Assembly (NCBI GenBank): GCA_964644755.1
Contig: CAZXXY010000001.1
Coordinates: 3,484-67,483 of the forward strand
Source: an uncultured Hyphomonas sp.
GTDB taxonomy: Bacteria; Pseudomonadota; Alphaproteobacteria; Caulobacterales; Hyphomonadaceae
Direction of reading: 5' to 3'
Length of the DNA stretch: 64,000 nt
Shown: positions 1 to 8,337 of the stretch, piece by piece
Position numbering within the stretch: the first letter of the stretch is position 1
Layout of the letters: each line of letters opens with the position of its first letter
Program-made: the position numbers and the translations under genes
The notes under the pieces: model-generated
What the model was told of the DNA's origin: nothing
The model's database searches: none
What the model saw: only the letters and a program-made list of their open reading frames with translations

Positions 1-1293
1 GGCCAGTGTTCGTGTGGGTTCAGGATCTGCTTGCCAGCGCGACCCTGTCATCGCTGATGCTGTCCACATATAGGCCATGCACCCTAAAACCGCAGCAATC
101 GCAGACAGAATGAGTATCGCATAGTTCAAGGACGTTACACCAAATGTCGGTGCCATCTTATCGCTTAAGAAGCCGACGACAAACAGACCAACAACCTGCC
201 CCATTATATTGTTGACGAAGAGAGCAAAAGACACGCCCAAAGCGCGTTCCCCGGGTTTCAGCGCATCCTGCATCAGAGACAAGGTTGGCCCCTGCGGCAT
301 CATGAAGACAAAATACCCGAAAATGAAAAACCCGATAAAGCCGACAAAAGTCGCCGCGGTCAGGCTGAAACAATAGGCTGCGAAGCAGACTAAAATCGCG
401 ATCGCAGGCATCCACGCCCGCCATTTCGGGTTCCGCTTGACCAGACGTTCTGTCACGTAGCCGCCGACAATAGGCCCCGGTATTCCGCCCGCGAGAAAAC
501 TCAAGCCCAAAATCAGCCCAACCATCGCAGTTGAAACATCATAATTGCGCAACATGACGGGGGCCAGCCAAACCGCAATTGCGTAGCCAATCGTGGTGAT
601 CAGGGCATAACACAAGCTAATGCGGACATAGACTTTATTGCCCATCAGCGATTTCAATGTCGCAAATATTTCAACGGCTTTGGCATCCTGTTCGCCATTG
701 AGATCATTAATACCGCGTTTGGGTTCCTGAACGGTCAGGTACAAAACCAATCCCAAAAGAACACCCGGCACTCCGAGCGCAACAAATGTCCAGCGCCAAC
801 CGATCGCATCTGCCAGTGCGCCGCCGACGATCAGGCCCGCTGCCGTGCCGAGCACGGCGCCGGTAATATAGATCCCCATCGCCCATGTGCGTTCGGATGG
901 TTTGAAATAATCAGCAATCATCGAATAGGAAGGCGGGCTGCCGCCGGCTTCGCCTGCGCCAACACCCATTCGCGCCAGAAACAGCGACCAGAAACCAATA
1001 GCCGCCCCGCAGAGCGCCGTCATTGTGCTCCAGACCGTAAGCGAAATCGCAATGATATTTTTGCGGTTGGATTTATCAGCAAGCCGCGCAATCGGGATGC
1101 CGAGCGTGGCGTAGAACAGTGCAAACGCAAATCCGGCCAGAAGCGCCAGCTGCGTGTCCGACATGGTGTATTCTTGCTTGATATCTTCCATCAGGATCGA
1201 GAAGACCAGCCTGTCGGCTATGTTCAGCATCGATGTCAGGGTGAGAATCCCGAGCACATAGTAGCGATAATTTGGCCCAAAAATTTTCTTCAT
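1..1293 (-). CDS. MFS transporter (C-terminal end runs off the window edge)
   Basis: Missing from the ORF track because no stop lies inside the window. Hand translation of the minus strand gives ATG at 1293..1291, then 431 sense codons with no stop down to base 1 (MKKIFGPNYRYYVLGILTLTSMLNIADRLVFSILMEDIKQEY...LARMGVGAGEAGGSPPSYSMIADYF...). It has about 12 hydrophobic spans and an MFS-like loop, LADKSNRKN. The listed 158..424(-) ORF is an out-of-frame artefact inside it. Confidence 0.8.
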   Translation of the reverse strand, partial: MKKIFGPNYRYYVLGILTLTSMLNIADRLVFSILMEDIKQEYTMSDTQLALLAGFAFALFYATLGIPIARLADKSNRKNIIAISLTVWSTMTALCGAAIGFWSLFLARMGVGAGEAGGSPPSYSMIADYFKPSERTWAMGIYITGAVLGTAAGLIVGGALADAIGWRWTFVALGVPGVLLGLVLYLTVQEPKRGINDLNGEQDAKAVEIFATLKSLMGNKVYVRISLCYALITTIGYAIAVWLAPVMLRNYDVSTAMVGLILGLSFLAGGIPGPIVGGYVTERLVKRNPKWRAWMPAIAILVCFAAYCFSLTAATFVGFIGFFIFGYFVFMMPQGPTLSLMQDALKPGERALGVSFALFVNNIMGQVVGLFVVGFLSDKMAPTFGVTSLNYAILILSAIAAVLGCMAYMWTASAMTGSRWQADPEPTRTLA

Positions 1294-1388
1294 TGAGCGC
1301 CGCTCTCCATCCCGGTTTTCGAATACGTTATAAATACTATTCCATGAAAAACCGAGACATCCGGCTAGTTATTTTGATAGCTGTCCGC

Positions 1389-2189
1389 CTAGGTTTTCGA
1401 GGCGGCGGCAATCGATGCACCAATGTCCGCGGCTTGCGGATTTCCGCGCAATGTCAGCCCGCCATTGGCCTGAATGTTTTGCCCCGTAAGAAACGCATCA
1501 TCACTGCCCAGCCATATCGCTGCCTTGGCGACATCATCGACTGTGTTGAGGCGACCCAACGGATATTTCGGCAAGAACGCATCAACCAGTCCAGGAACCC
1601 CGAAACTTCCTTGCGTCATAGGTGTCTCGGTCAGCGCGGGCGAGATCGAATTTGCGCGTATGCCATACTGGCCATAGTCATTTGCAACACACCGTATCAG
1701 CGCATCAGCGCCCGTTTTGGTTCCGATATAGGCGGCATAATTGTTGATCAGAGCCTGCGTCGTCGCAGAAGAAATCTGGATGATTGACCCACCTGCGGGA
1801 TCATTATCCATCATTCCGCGAACCATTTCCGCCAGAAAGTGATGAACCCCGACAAATTGCACGGCGACCATTTTTTCCAGTTCAGAGTCTTCAATGTCGG
1901 TAACCGACTTAGACAAGCCCCAACCCACCGCGTTCACCGCGATATCAATCCGGCCGAAAGCGCTTTTGGTCTGCGCCGCCAAGCCTTTAAGGTCATCATG
2001 CTGTGTGATGTCACAAAGAGCGTGTTGGCCTCCAATTTCCGCGGACAGTTCGGCCAAAGCGGTCTCGTTGCGGCCTGCAACCATCACACGTGCCCCTTCA
2101 GAGGCAAATGCTCTGGCGATAACCTGTCCCATGTTTCCAGCGGTCGCAGCACCGAGGATTATGGCTGACTTGCCCTCCAGTTTTCCCAT
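1389..2189 (-). CDS. SDR family oxidoreductase
   Basis: ORF 1389..2240(-). Rossmann motif GKSAIILGAATAGNMGQ and active-site YIGTK. Start moved to the internal ATG (MGKLEGKS), preceded by GGGAAAGAGAA. Confidence 0.8.
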   Translation of the reverse strand: MGKLEGKSAIILGAATAGNMGQVIARAFASEGARVMVAGRNETALAELSAEIGGQHALCDITQHDDLKGLAAQTKSAFGRIDIAVNAVGWGLSKSVTDIEDSELEKMVAVQFVGVHHFLAEMVRGMMDNDPAGGSIIQISSATTQALINNYAAYIGTKTGADALIRCVANDYGQYGIRANSISPALTETPMTQGSFGVPGLVDAFLPKYPLGRLNTVDDVAKAAIWLGSDDAFLTGQNIQANGGLTLRGNPQAADIGASIAAASKT

Positions 2190-2319
2190 CACATTCTCTT
2201 TCCCGACTTTTTCACAATCGCACTTTAGTCCAACCAGCAAAGGGCCTCACTCATCAAAAGTGATTATTGGCAAACAGACTCTCGAGTTAAACAATAAACG
2301 CTGAAAGTGAGGAACCGCA

Positions 2320-2658
2320 ATGAAGGTGATTATAGCCGCGCAGATTGAAGTCGCCGCGGAGCGTCGCGATGAGGCACTGTCCGCAGCTGGCCAGATTATA
2401 GCGAATATTCTCTTACAAGAGGGCTGCGTTCGCTATGATTGGGCTGCAGATTGTCGAAACCCGGAACTCATTATCGTTTTCGAAGAATGGGCAAGCCAGA
2501 GCGCGCTGGAGCAACATTTTGCGGGACCGAATTTCGGCAAAATGAACGCACTTCTGGCGGAAATTGGTGTCAAAAGTGCCGCCGCAAAGAAGTATGGCGT
2601 CGATCGCGAAGGCTCGGTTTTCAACAGTGACCGTGTTCCAACATCGGAGTTCGAATGA
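2320..2658 (+). CDS. ABM-domain (antibiotic biosynthesis monooxygenase-like) small protein
   Basis: 112 aa. Ferredoxin-like ABM pattern (IIVFEEWASQSALEQHFAGPNF). SD GAGGA lies upstream of the ATG. First gene of a plus-strand operon. Confidence 0.6.
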   Translation: MKVIIAAQIEVAAERRDEALSAAGQIIANILLQEGCVRYDWAADCRNPELIIVFEEWASQSALEQHFAGPNFGKMNALLAEIGVKSAAAKKYGVDREGSVFNSDRVPTSEFE

Positions 2659-2754
2659 GGCAGCACTGATCCGGAGCTAACGTGTTGCCCTAGCAATTTC
2701 GCTTATCGCCCAGTGGCGCGTCTCATGGCATTTGCAGTTGTGTAAAGGAAGACG

Positions 2755-3843
2755 ATGAACTTTGATCTGACAGATGAACAGGAGCTTTATAAAGCCACTG
2801 CCGAGAAATTTTTCTCGACCCTGAGCATTTCAGAGAAAGTGTCTATGCGCATGTCATCCAAAGGATATGACAGCGGCCGTTGGGAGAAACTCGCTGAACT
2901 CGGCATGATTATGCTCGCCGCCAGCGAAGACAATGGGGGCCTTGGCGGCAGCCTGACCGATCTGGCCGCAATCGCCGAAGCCGCCGGAACGCAGAACGCC
3001 GCAGACCCTTGGCTTGAGAACGGCGTATTGCCCGCAAGAGTTCTGGACAAGGCTGGCGCTCAACCTCTGCTCACTGAACTTCTGAGCGGGACAAAGATTA
3101 CCGCTCTGGCGTTTTCTGAAGCCAACTCGCGCTACAATCTGGAACGTATTGATACCAGTGCCAAAAAAACATCTTCAGGGTTTGAACTGAGCGGCACCAA
3201 GCAATTTGTTCTTGGCGGTGATATTGCCGACCATTTTCTGGTCACCGCGATGATTGACGACACTTTCGACGTCTTTCTTGTTCCAGCCGATGCGGTCGGC
3301 GTCCATTCTACGCCTTATCGAGTGGTCGATGGCAGCAAAGCCGTCGAAGCACTTTTTACAAATGTAGCATTGCCTAGCGAAGCTCGCTTGAATTTGAGTT
3401 TTGAAGCTTTCAAAACTATTGTGAGTGAGATCAGTCTGCTCGCCTGCGCCGAGATGATGGGCTTGAGCCAACTGCTTCTTGATGACACCGTCGAATATGT
3501 AAAACAACGCAAACAATTTGGCGTGAGCATCGGATCTTTCCAAGTCATCCAGCATGGGCTCGTCGACTGCTATGCGGAGCTTGAACAAATCAGGTCGATG
3601 TTCTTGCGAACATTGCTTGACCCCGCCGAACACAAAGCCGAACGGTTGCGCAATATATCCGGGGCCAAAGCATTTATATCCGAACGCGCCGACTTTATTG
3701 GACGCAATGCCGTCCAGTATTTCGGTGCTATGGGCATCACAGAAGACGTGCCCATTGGGTCCGCACTAAAACGTATCATGCTTTTGAGCCGGCTGTTTGG
3801 TGACCCGTCCCACTGTCTAGATGAATATTCCAAGGTGGCCTAA
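2755..3843 (+). CDS. acyl-CoA dehydrogenase family protein (divergent C-terminal signature)
   Basis: 362 aa with ACAD-like layout (MNFDLTDEQELY..., QFGVSIGSFQVIQHGLVD, AVQYFGAMGITEDVP). The C-terminal Y-E/G-G-T/S-x-E motif is replaced by LFGDPSHCLDEY. SD AAGGAAG. Confidence 0.75.
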   Translation: MNFDLTDEQELYKATAEKFFSTLSISEKVSMRMSSKGYDSGRWEKLAELGMIMLAASEDNGGLGGSLTDLAAIAEAAGTQNAADPWLENGVLPARVLDKAGAQPLLTELLSGTKITALAFSEANSRYNLERIDTSAKKTSSGFELSGTKQFVLGGDIADHFLVTAMIDDTFDVFLVPADAVGVHSTPYRVVDGSKAVEALFTNVALPSEARLNLSFEAFKTIVSEISLLACAEMMGLSQLLLDDTVEYVKQRKQFGVSIGSFQVIQHGLVDCYAELEQIRSMFLRTLLDPAEHKAERLRNISGAKAFISERADFIGRNAVQYFGAMGITEDVPIGSALKRIMLLSRLFGDPSHCLDEYSKVA

Positions 3844-4233
3844 ATGAGCGCAAATTTGAAACCAATTGCAGAAGGTCTTTGGACCGACACCAATCCACCA
3901 AAACTCATCGGCGGAAGAGCCGCAGACGGGAAGATTGTGTTCCCGTTTCCCGAAGGCAGCGCTGGCGATCAGTATGAACGTTATGCTTTGGCACGCGAAG
4001 GGACGCTTTGGTCTTGGACCCGCCAGGAGTTTCGTCCCAAGCCCCCTTATGATGGCCCTGAAGAATTCACACCGTTTCTATTGGGATATATAAAAATTCC
4101 TGGAGAAGCGATTGTCGAAAGCTGGATTGTCGACGCCGAGCTTGAAGACCTCAAGCTGGATATGCCGATGGAGTTTGTTCTCACCCCGTTTGACGATACC
4201 CGCTCAACATTTGCTTTCAGACCGAAGAGTTAA
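3844..4233 (+). CDS. DUF35 OB-fold protein (thiolase partner), cysteine-free
   Basis: 129 aa. The ATG directly abuts the upstream TAA. DUF35 pattern GGR..DGKIVFP...G.LWSWT...PFLLGYIKIP. The protein has no Cys at all, so the usual Zn ribbon is missing. Confidence 0.7.
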   Translation: MSANLKPIAEGLWTDTNPPKLIGGRAADGKIVFPFPEGSAGDQYERYALAREGTLWSWTRQEFRPKPPYDGPEEFTPFLLGYIKIPGEAIVESWIVDAELEDLKLDMPMEFVLTPFDDTRSTFAFRPKS

Positions 4234-4236
4234 ACC

Positions 4237-5382
4237 ATGTCGAATGTCTATATCATTGGCGCAGGAATTCACCCGTTTGGCCGAACGCCTGAGCGCTCCG
4301 GCCGCGATCAAGGGGCCTTTGCCGTGCGAGAAGCCTTAGCTGATGCCAACCTTGAATGGTCTGATGTAGACTGCGCTTTTGGCGGCTCGCAAGCTTCGGG
4401 CAATGCCGATATTATGGTCAACGATCTCGGCCTGACCGGACTTCAATTTACAAATGTCAAAAATGGCTGCGCCACTGGTGGCAGCGCACTGTCCTCGGCA
4501 CGCGCAGCCATTGCGTCCGGCGAACATGAGATCGCTTTGGCTGTCGGTTTTGACAAACACCCGCGTGGTGCGTTCAACGCGGATCCCGCCGCCTATGGTC
4601 TCCCCCAATGGTATGGCGAGACGGGCATGATGCTTACGACACAGTTCTTTGCACTGAAACTGCAACGCTATATGCAACTTCACGGCATCACCGAGACAAC
4701 GCTCGGCAGAGTGGCCGAGAAGTCATTCCGCAATGGTGAACGCGCCGATCACGCATGGCGGAAAACACCGATTGATCTTGATACGATCATGAACTCCACA
4801 ATGATCAACCATCCTTTGAGAAAATATATGTTCTGCTCACCCGCAGAAGGTGGCGTCGCACTTATTTTGGCGAGTGAAAAGAAGGTCAGAGAATTGGGGG
4901 CAGATGCAATTAAAGTTGCTGCCGTTGCGGTGCGGACACGCCCGCCCGGTTCCTTCGAAGTGTTTGCACCCGGTCTTGATGTCAATGAAGGCGAGAAGCC
5001 AACGACACTGGCATCAAAGGCGGCGTTCGAAACTGCTGGCATAGGACCGGAGGATGTTTCAGTCGCCCAATTGCAGGACACCGAGTCCGGTGCAGAGATT
5101 ATGCACATGGCCGAAAACGGCTTTTGCAAGGATGGCGAGCAAGAACAATGGCTCGCTGAAGGTCGGACCGAAATCACAGGCGCGCTTCCTGTCAATACGG
5201 ACGGCGGCTGTATTGCTTGCGGCGAGCCCATCGGGGCGTCCGGCCTGCGGCAGGTTTACGAAAATACCGTGCAATTACGCGGACGTGGGGGCGCGCGGCA
5301 AGTGCCCGGCAATCCGAAAACAGCTTATAGCCATGTCTATGGTGCGCCCGGAATTTCTGGTGTTGCTATACTCGAAGTGTAA
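4237..5382 (+). CDS. thiolase-fold protein, SCP2/lipid-transfer type, with degenerate catalytic motifs
   Basis: 381 aa. The nucleophile-loop motif NGCATGG is present. The SCP2-thiolase HDCF motif reads QDTE (VAQLQDTESG), and GHP reads GEP (CGEPIGASGLRQ). Starts 3 nt after the DUF35 stop. Confidence 0.75.
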   Translation: MSNVYIIGAGIHPFGRTPERSGRDQGAFAVREALADANLEWSDVDCAFGGSQASGNADIMVNDLGLTGLQFTNVKNGCATGGSALSSARAAIASGEHEIALAVGFDKHPRGAFNADPAAYGLPQWYGETGMMLTTQFFALKLQRYMQLHGITETTLGRVAEKSFRNGERADHAWRKTPIDLDTIMNSTMINHPLRKYMFCSPAEGGVALILASEKKVRELGADAIKVAAVAVRTRPPGSFEVFAPGLDVNEGEKPTTLASKAAFETAGIGPEDVSVAQLQDTESGAEIMHMAENGFCKDGEQEQWLAEGRTEITGALPVNTDGGCIACGEPIGASGLRQVYENTVQLRGRGGARQVPGNPKTAYSHVYGAPGISGVAILEV

Positions 5383-5412
5383 TATCACTCTAGGTCGTGG
5401 GAGAAAACCGTG

Positions 5413-6156
5413 ATGACAAATCGTATCGATGCTCATTTCGTAGCGGCCGGTAAATATCACGACATCGATTTCGCACGCCTTGAGATACTCAAACTCCTCA
5501 TGGAGCATCCGCACATCCGGACAAGTGTTGCCTGTGACTTTAGCAATGTTGAGCGGATTGATGCCTGCCAGTTTCTGATCACGTATTGCTGCGATTTGAT
5601 GCCCACAAAAGCGCAGATGGCGCGGATTCGGAAATGGGTCGAGAAGGGCGGCAAATGGATTGCCCTTCACGGCACCAATTCCATTCTCAAGCTTGGCGGT
5701 GAAAACGGTGTAGAAACCCCGAATGAACGGCCCGATGTGATGGAGGCACTTGGTACCCAATTCAAAGCCCACCCGCCTATTGGAACCTTCAAAGTCGAAA
5801 TTGCAGACCCGACGCATCCTTTGGTGAAAGGTCTTGCCGATTTCGAAATTGAGGATGAGCTTTACCTGTCACACCGAACGGCAGAGATTGATGTTCTGCT
5901 CAAGACCGAATTTGAAGGTATCGCAGACGGGTTCGAAACCGCTGAATGGTCTGATAAGGAAGTGCCGATCCTCTACCTCAGACCGCTGGGACAAGGTGCT
6001 GTTCTGTACAATACGCTCGGACATTGCCGCGGCCATTATGACTTGCCAGAAATTCGCCCCTTTAACGTAAAGCCCGACCTCTGTTCCTGGGCCTACCCGA
6101 TACATTACGAGATACTTAGGCGCTGCCTCTTATGGGCAATGCGCGAAGGAGACTAG
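5413..6156 (+). CDS. ThuA-domain-like protein (class I glutamine-amidotransferase-like fold)
   Basis: ORF 5410..6156. ATG at 5413 lies 8 nt after GGGAGA. The motifs KGGKWIALHG, HPLVKGL and DELY resemble ThuA-family proteins. This is a family call by eye only. Confidence 0.5.
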   Translation: MTNRIDAHFVAAGKYHDIDFARLEILKLLMEHPHIRTSVACDFSNVERIDACQFLITYCCDLMPTKAQMARIRKWVEKGGKWIALHGTNSILKLGGENGVETPNERPDVMEALGTQFKAHPPIGTFKVEIADPTHPLVKGLADFEIEDELYLSHRTAEIDVLLKTEFEGIADGFETAEWSDKEVPILYLRPLGQGAVLYNTLGHCRGHYDLPEIRPFNVKPDLCSWAYPIHYEILRRCLLWAMREGD

Positions 6157-6159
6157 GCC

Positions 6160-7371
6160 ATGGATATGGAGTTTTCAAAACAGGACCTGAACTTCCGTGA
6201 CGAAGTCAGGGCATTTCTGGACGAAAACCTGACAGACCGGGTGCGCAATGGCTTTTTACGTACACCTGGTGTTTTCGTAGAGCCCGATATCGCGACCGGG
6301 TGGCATCGCGCGCTGAACGATAAGGGATGGGCGACATATACATGGCCGGTTGAAGATGGCGGCACCGACTGGACCCCGACCCAACGCTACATTTTCGAAA
6401 AGGAACTCGCCGAAGCAGGCGGTTTCTACCCGACCCCAATCAGTTTGCGCCTGATTGGTCCTGTCATCTGCGCCTTCGGGACGCCGGAGCAGAAAGAGCG
6501 GTTCTTACCCGGTATCCGCAATGCTGATGATTTCTGGTGCCAAGGCTATTCTGAACCCGGTTCAGGCTCGGACCTCGCATCGCTGACAACCAAAGCGAAG
6601 CTTGAGAACGGCGAATATGTGATCAATGGCTCCAAAATCTGGACCACCCACGCCCATCACGCCAATTGGATTTTCTGTCTTGTGCGCACCGATGCTACAG
6701 GCCGCAAACAGGATGGCATCACCTTCCTGCTTATCCCGATGGATCAACCCGGTGTCAAAGTTGCGCCAATCACCTCGATGTCTGGCGACCATGAGGTCAA
6801 TCAAGTTTTCTTCGATAACGCTGTGTCGGCTGAAGAGAACCGGATTGGAAACGAGGGGCAAGGCTGGGAGATCGCCAAATACTTGCTCCAGAATGAGCGC
6901 GGCGGCACATGTTTTGGTCCCCGAGCCCTCGCCGAAATTGGACGGTTGAAACTTTATGCCGGCAAAGCCCCTTCGGGCATTAATGGCCCTATGTCGCATG
7001 ACCGGGCTTTCTCCGAAAGCCTCGCAAAATTGACCTTGCGGGCAAAAGCTCTGGAAATGACAGAGCTACGCATTCTCGCCGACCTTGCAAAAGGACGTAA
7101 ACTTGGCCCTAAAGCGTCTCTTACAAAACTGATCGCCTCCAACTTGCGTCAAGATATACAGAAGCTGGAATCAGAGCTGTTTGCCTACAATGGGCTGCAA
7201 TTACCTTATGAGCGTCCGCTCTATGGCAATTCCGCGGCAAAAGCGATTGGCAGTCAAGCCGCCCAGAATACCTTGCCCAAATACCTCAACGGACGGGCTA
7301 TGACGATTTATGGCGGTAGCAATGAGGTTCAAAAGAACATTATCGCCAAGCATGTCCTTGGGCTCTCATAG
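6160..7371 (+). CDS. acyl-CoA dehydrogenase
   Basis: 403 aa. QGYSEPGSGSDLASL and C-terminal IYGGSNEVQKNIIAKHVLG (LCAD/IVD-type tail). SD AAGGAGA lies 7 nt upstream. Confidence 0.85.
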   Translation: MDMEFSKQDLNFRDEVRAFLDENLTDRVRNGFLRTPGVFVEPDIATGWHRALNDKGWATYTWPVEDGGTDWTPTQRYIFEKELAEAGGFYPTPISLRLIGPVICAFGTPEQKERFLPGIRNADDFWCQGYSEPGSGSDLASLTTKAKLENGEYVINGSKIWTTHAHHANWIFCLVRTDATGRKQDGITFLLIPMDQPGVKVAPITSMSGDHEVNQVFFDNAVSAEENRIGNEGQGWEIAKYLLQNERGGTCFGPRALAEIGRLKLYAGKAPSGINGPMSHDRAFSESLAKLTLRAKALEMTELRILADLAKGRKLGPKASLTKLIASNLRQDIQKLESELFAYNGLQLPYERPLYGNSAAKAIGSQAAQNTLPKYLNGRAMTIYGGSNEVQKNIIAKHVLGLS

Positions 7372-7433
7372 CGGGTATTTGTATTGACTGTCGCCTCCTT
7401 GCCTAAGAGCATATTTAGTGCTTCCATACTCGT

Positions 7434-8246
7434 ATGGATAGCGTAGACGCAGTCGAAACACGCCCGCTACATCGCAGTGATCTGCCCGATCTGCTGCGCA
7501 AAGTCACCGTAAATGATGTTGGCGATATTCATGATGCCGCGATGTGCCTGAAAACCGTGGCTGATGAATACGATATGCGGATAGCCCTGTGCGAAGACAT
7601 ATCTTCCCGCGAACCCATGGTGGACGCCGATGGAACGCTTTTGCACGAAGAGATATTTGGCTGGGTCACGCAGAAAGACCGCTGGTGGGAAGAAAAATAC
7701 CTCGCCTTAACCTCGCCAATGGTCCGCGCCTGCCGCTACGAATCCCAACCCTTTTGGTGCAATGTTCAGGGCATGTTTGGCATTCCCCAAAACGAGTATC
7801 TTCAGGAAATCGACTTTACAGATCATTTTCAAAGTTTTGCTCAGTACAAATCGGCGATCGTTTTGCCAATTCACCTGCCCTTTGGCCAAATTTCGGCAAA
7901 TAGCATTCACACAACAGATGCAGCTTGCGAAGATATGTCCGACCTATTCGAAACGCATGCCCAATTTTTTGATTTGCTAATCCGGAGATTTATCGGGGGC
8001 TATGTGAGTGCCGTTCGGCAAAAACGGTGTATCCCGGACAATTGCGTTTTATCCAAGCGCGAAGTCGAATGCTTGCGTTGGGCAGCGCTTGGCAAAACGG
8101 ACAAGGAAATTGGCATGATCATCTCCTTGAGCCACGCCACCGTTCGCTATCATTTCCAGCGCGCTGGCGAAAAACTCAACTCGGTAAACCGGACCCAGAC
8201 CATCTTCAAGGCAGGTCAACTCGGCTATCTGGGCGCAAACAACTAA
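7434..8246 (+). CDS. LuxR family transcriptional regulator (solo; N-terminal autoinducer-binding-like domain)
   Basis: 270 aa. C-terminal HTH LSKREVECLRWAALGKTDKEIGMIISLSHATVRYHFQRAGEKL. The N-terminal part has W-x3-Y and SP...PFW elements like AHL-receptor domains. No luxI-type gene is in the window. Confidence 0.8.
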   Translation: MDSVDAVETRPLHRSDLPDLLRKVTVNDVGDIHDAAMCLKTVADEYDMRIALCEDISSREPMVDADGTLLHEEIFGWVTQKDRWWEEKYLALTSPMVRACRYESQPFWCNVQGMFGIPQNEYLQEIDFTDHFQSFAQYKSAIVLPIHLPFGQISANSIHTTDAACEDMSDLFETHAQFFDLLIRRFIGGYVSAVRQKRCIPDNCVLSKREVECLRWAALGKTDKEIGMIISLSHATVRYHFQRAGEKLNSVNRTQTIFKAGQLGYLGANN

Positions 8247-8337
8247 GTATGCGCCTATCAAAAGCACCAACTCACAAAACCGCTGAACCGTCTATGATTT
8301 CCCAAAAGCAAGTTCAGCAAGCTTTGAGGACATCGTG

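Noticed and set aside
158-424. 88-aa ORF on the minus strand, listed in the track
   Set aside because: It is out of frame inside the 431-codon open MFS transporter frame (1..1293, minus). Its sequence is Arg/Cys-rich and not protein-like.
1326-1334. CGTTATAAA, identical to one Mo-box half-site, about 30 nt upstream of the MFS transporter start
   Set aside because: Only a half-site is present; the sequence 6 nt further on (TCCATGAAA) does not form the second half. A single 9-mer match somewhere in 128 kb of two-strand sequence is about what chance predicts.
8282-8318. GCTGAAC ... GTTCAGC inverted repeat upstream of the first Rieske gene
   Set aside because: The stem is only 7 bp with a 23-nt loop and no T-tract. 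That is too weak to call an attenuator or operator.
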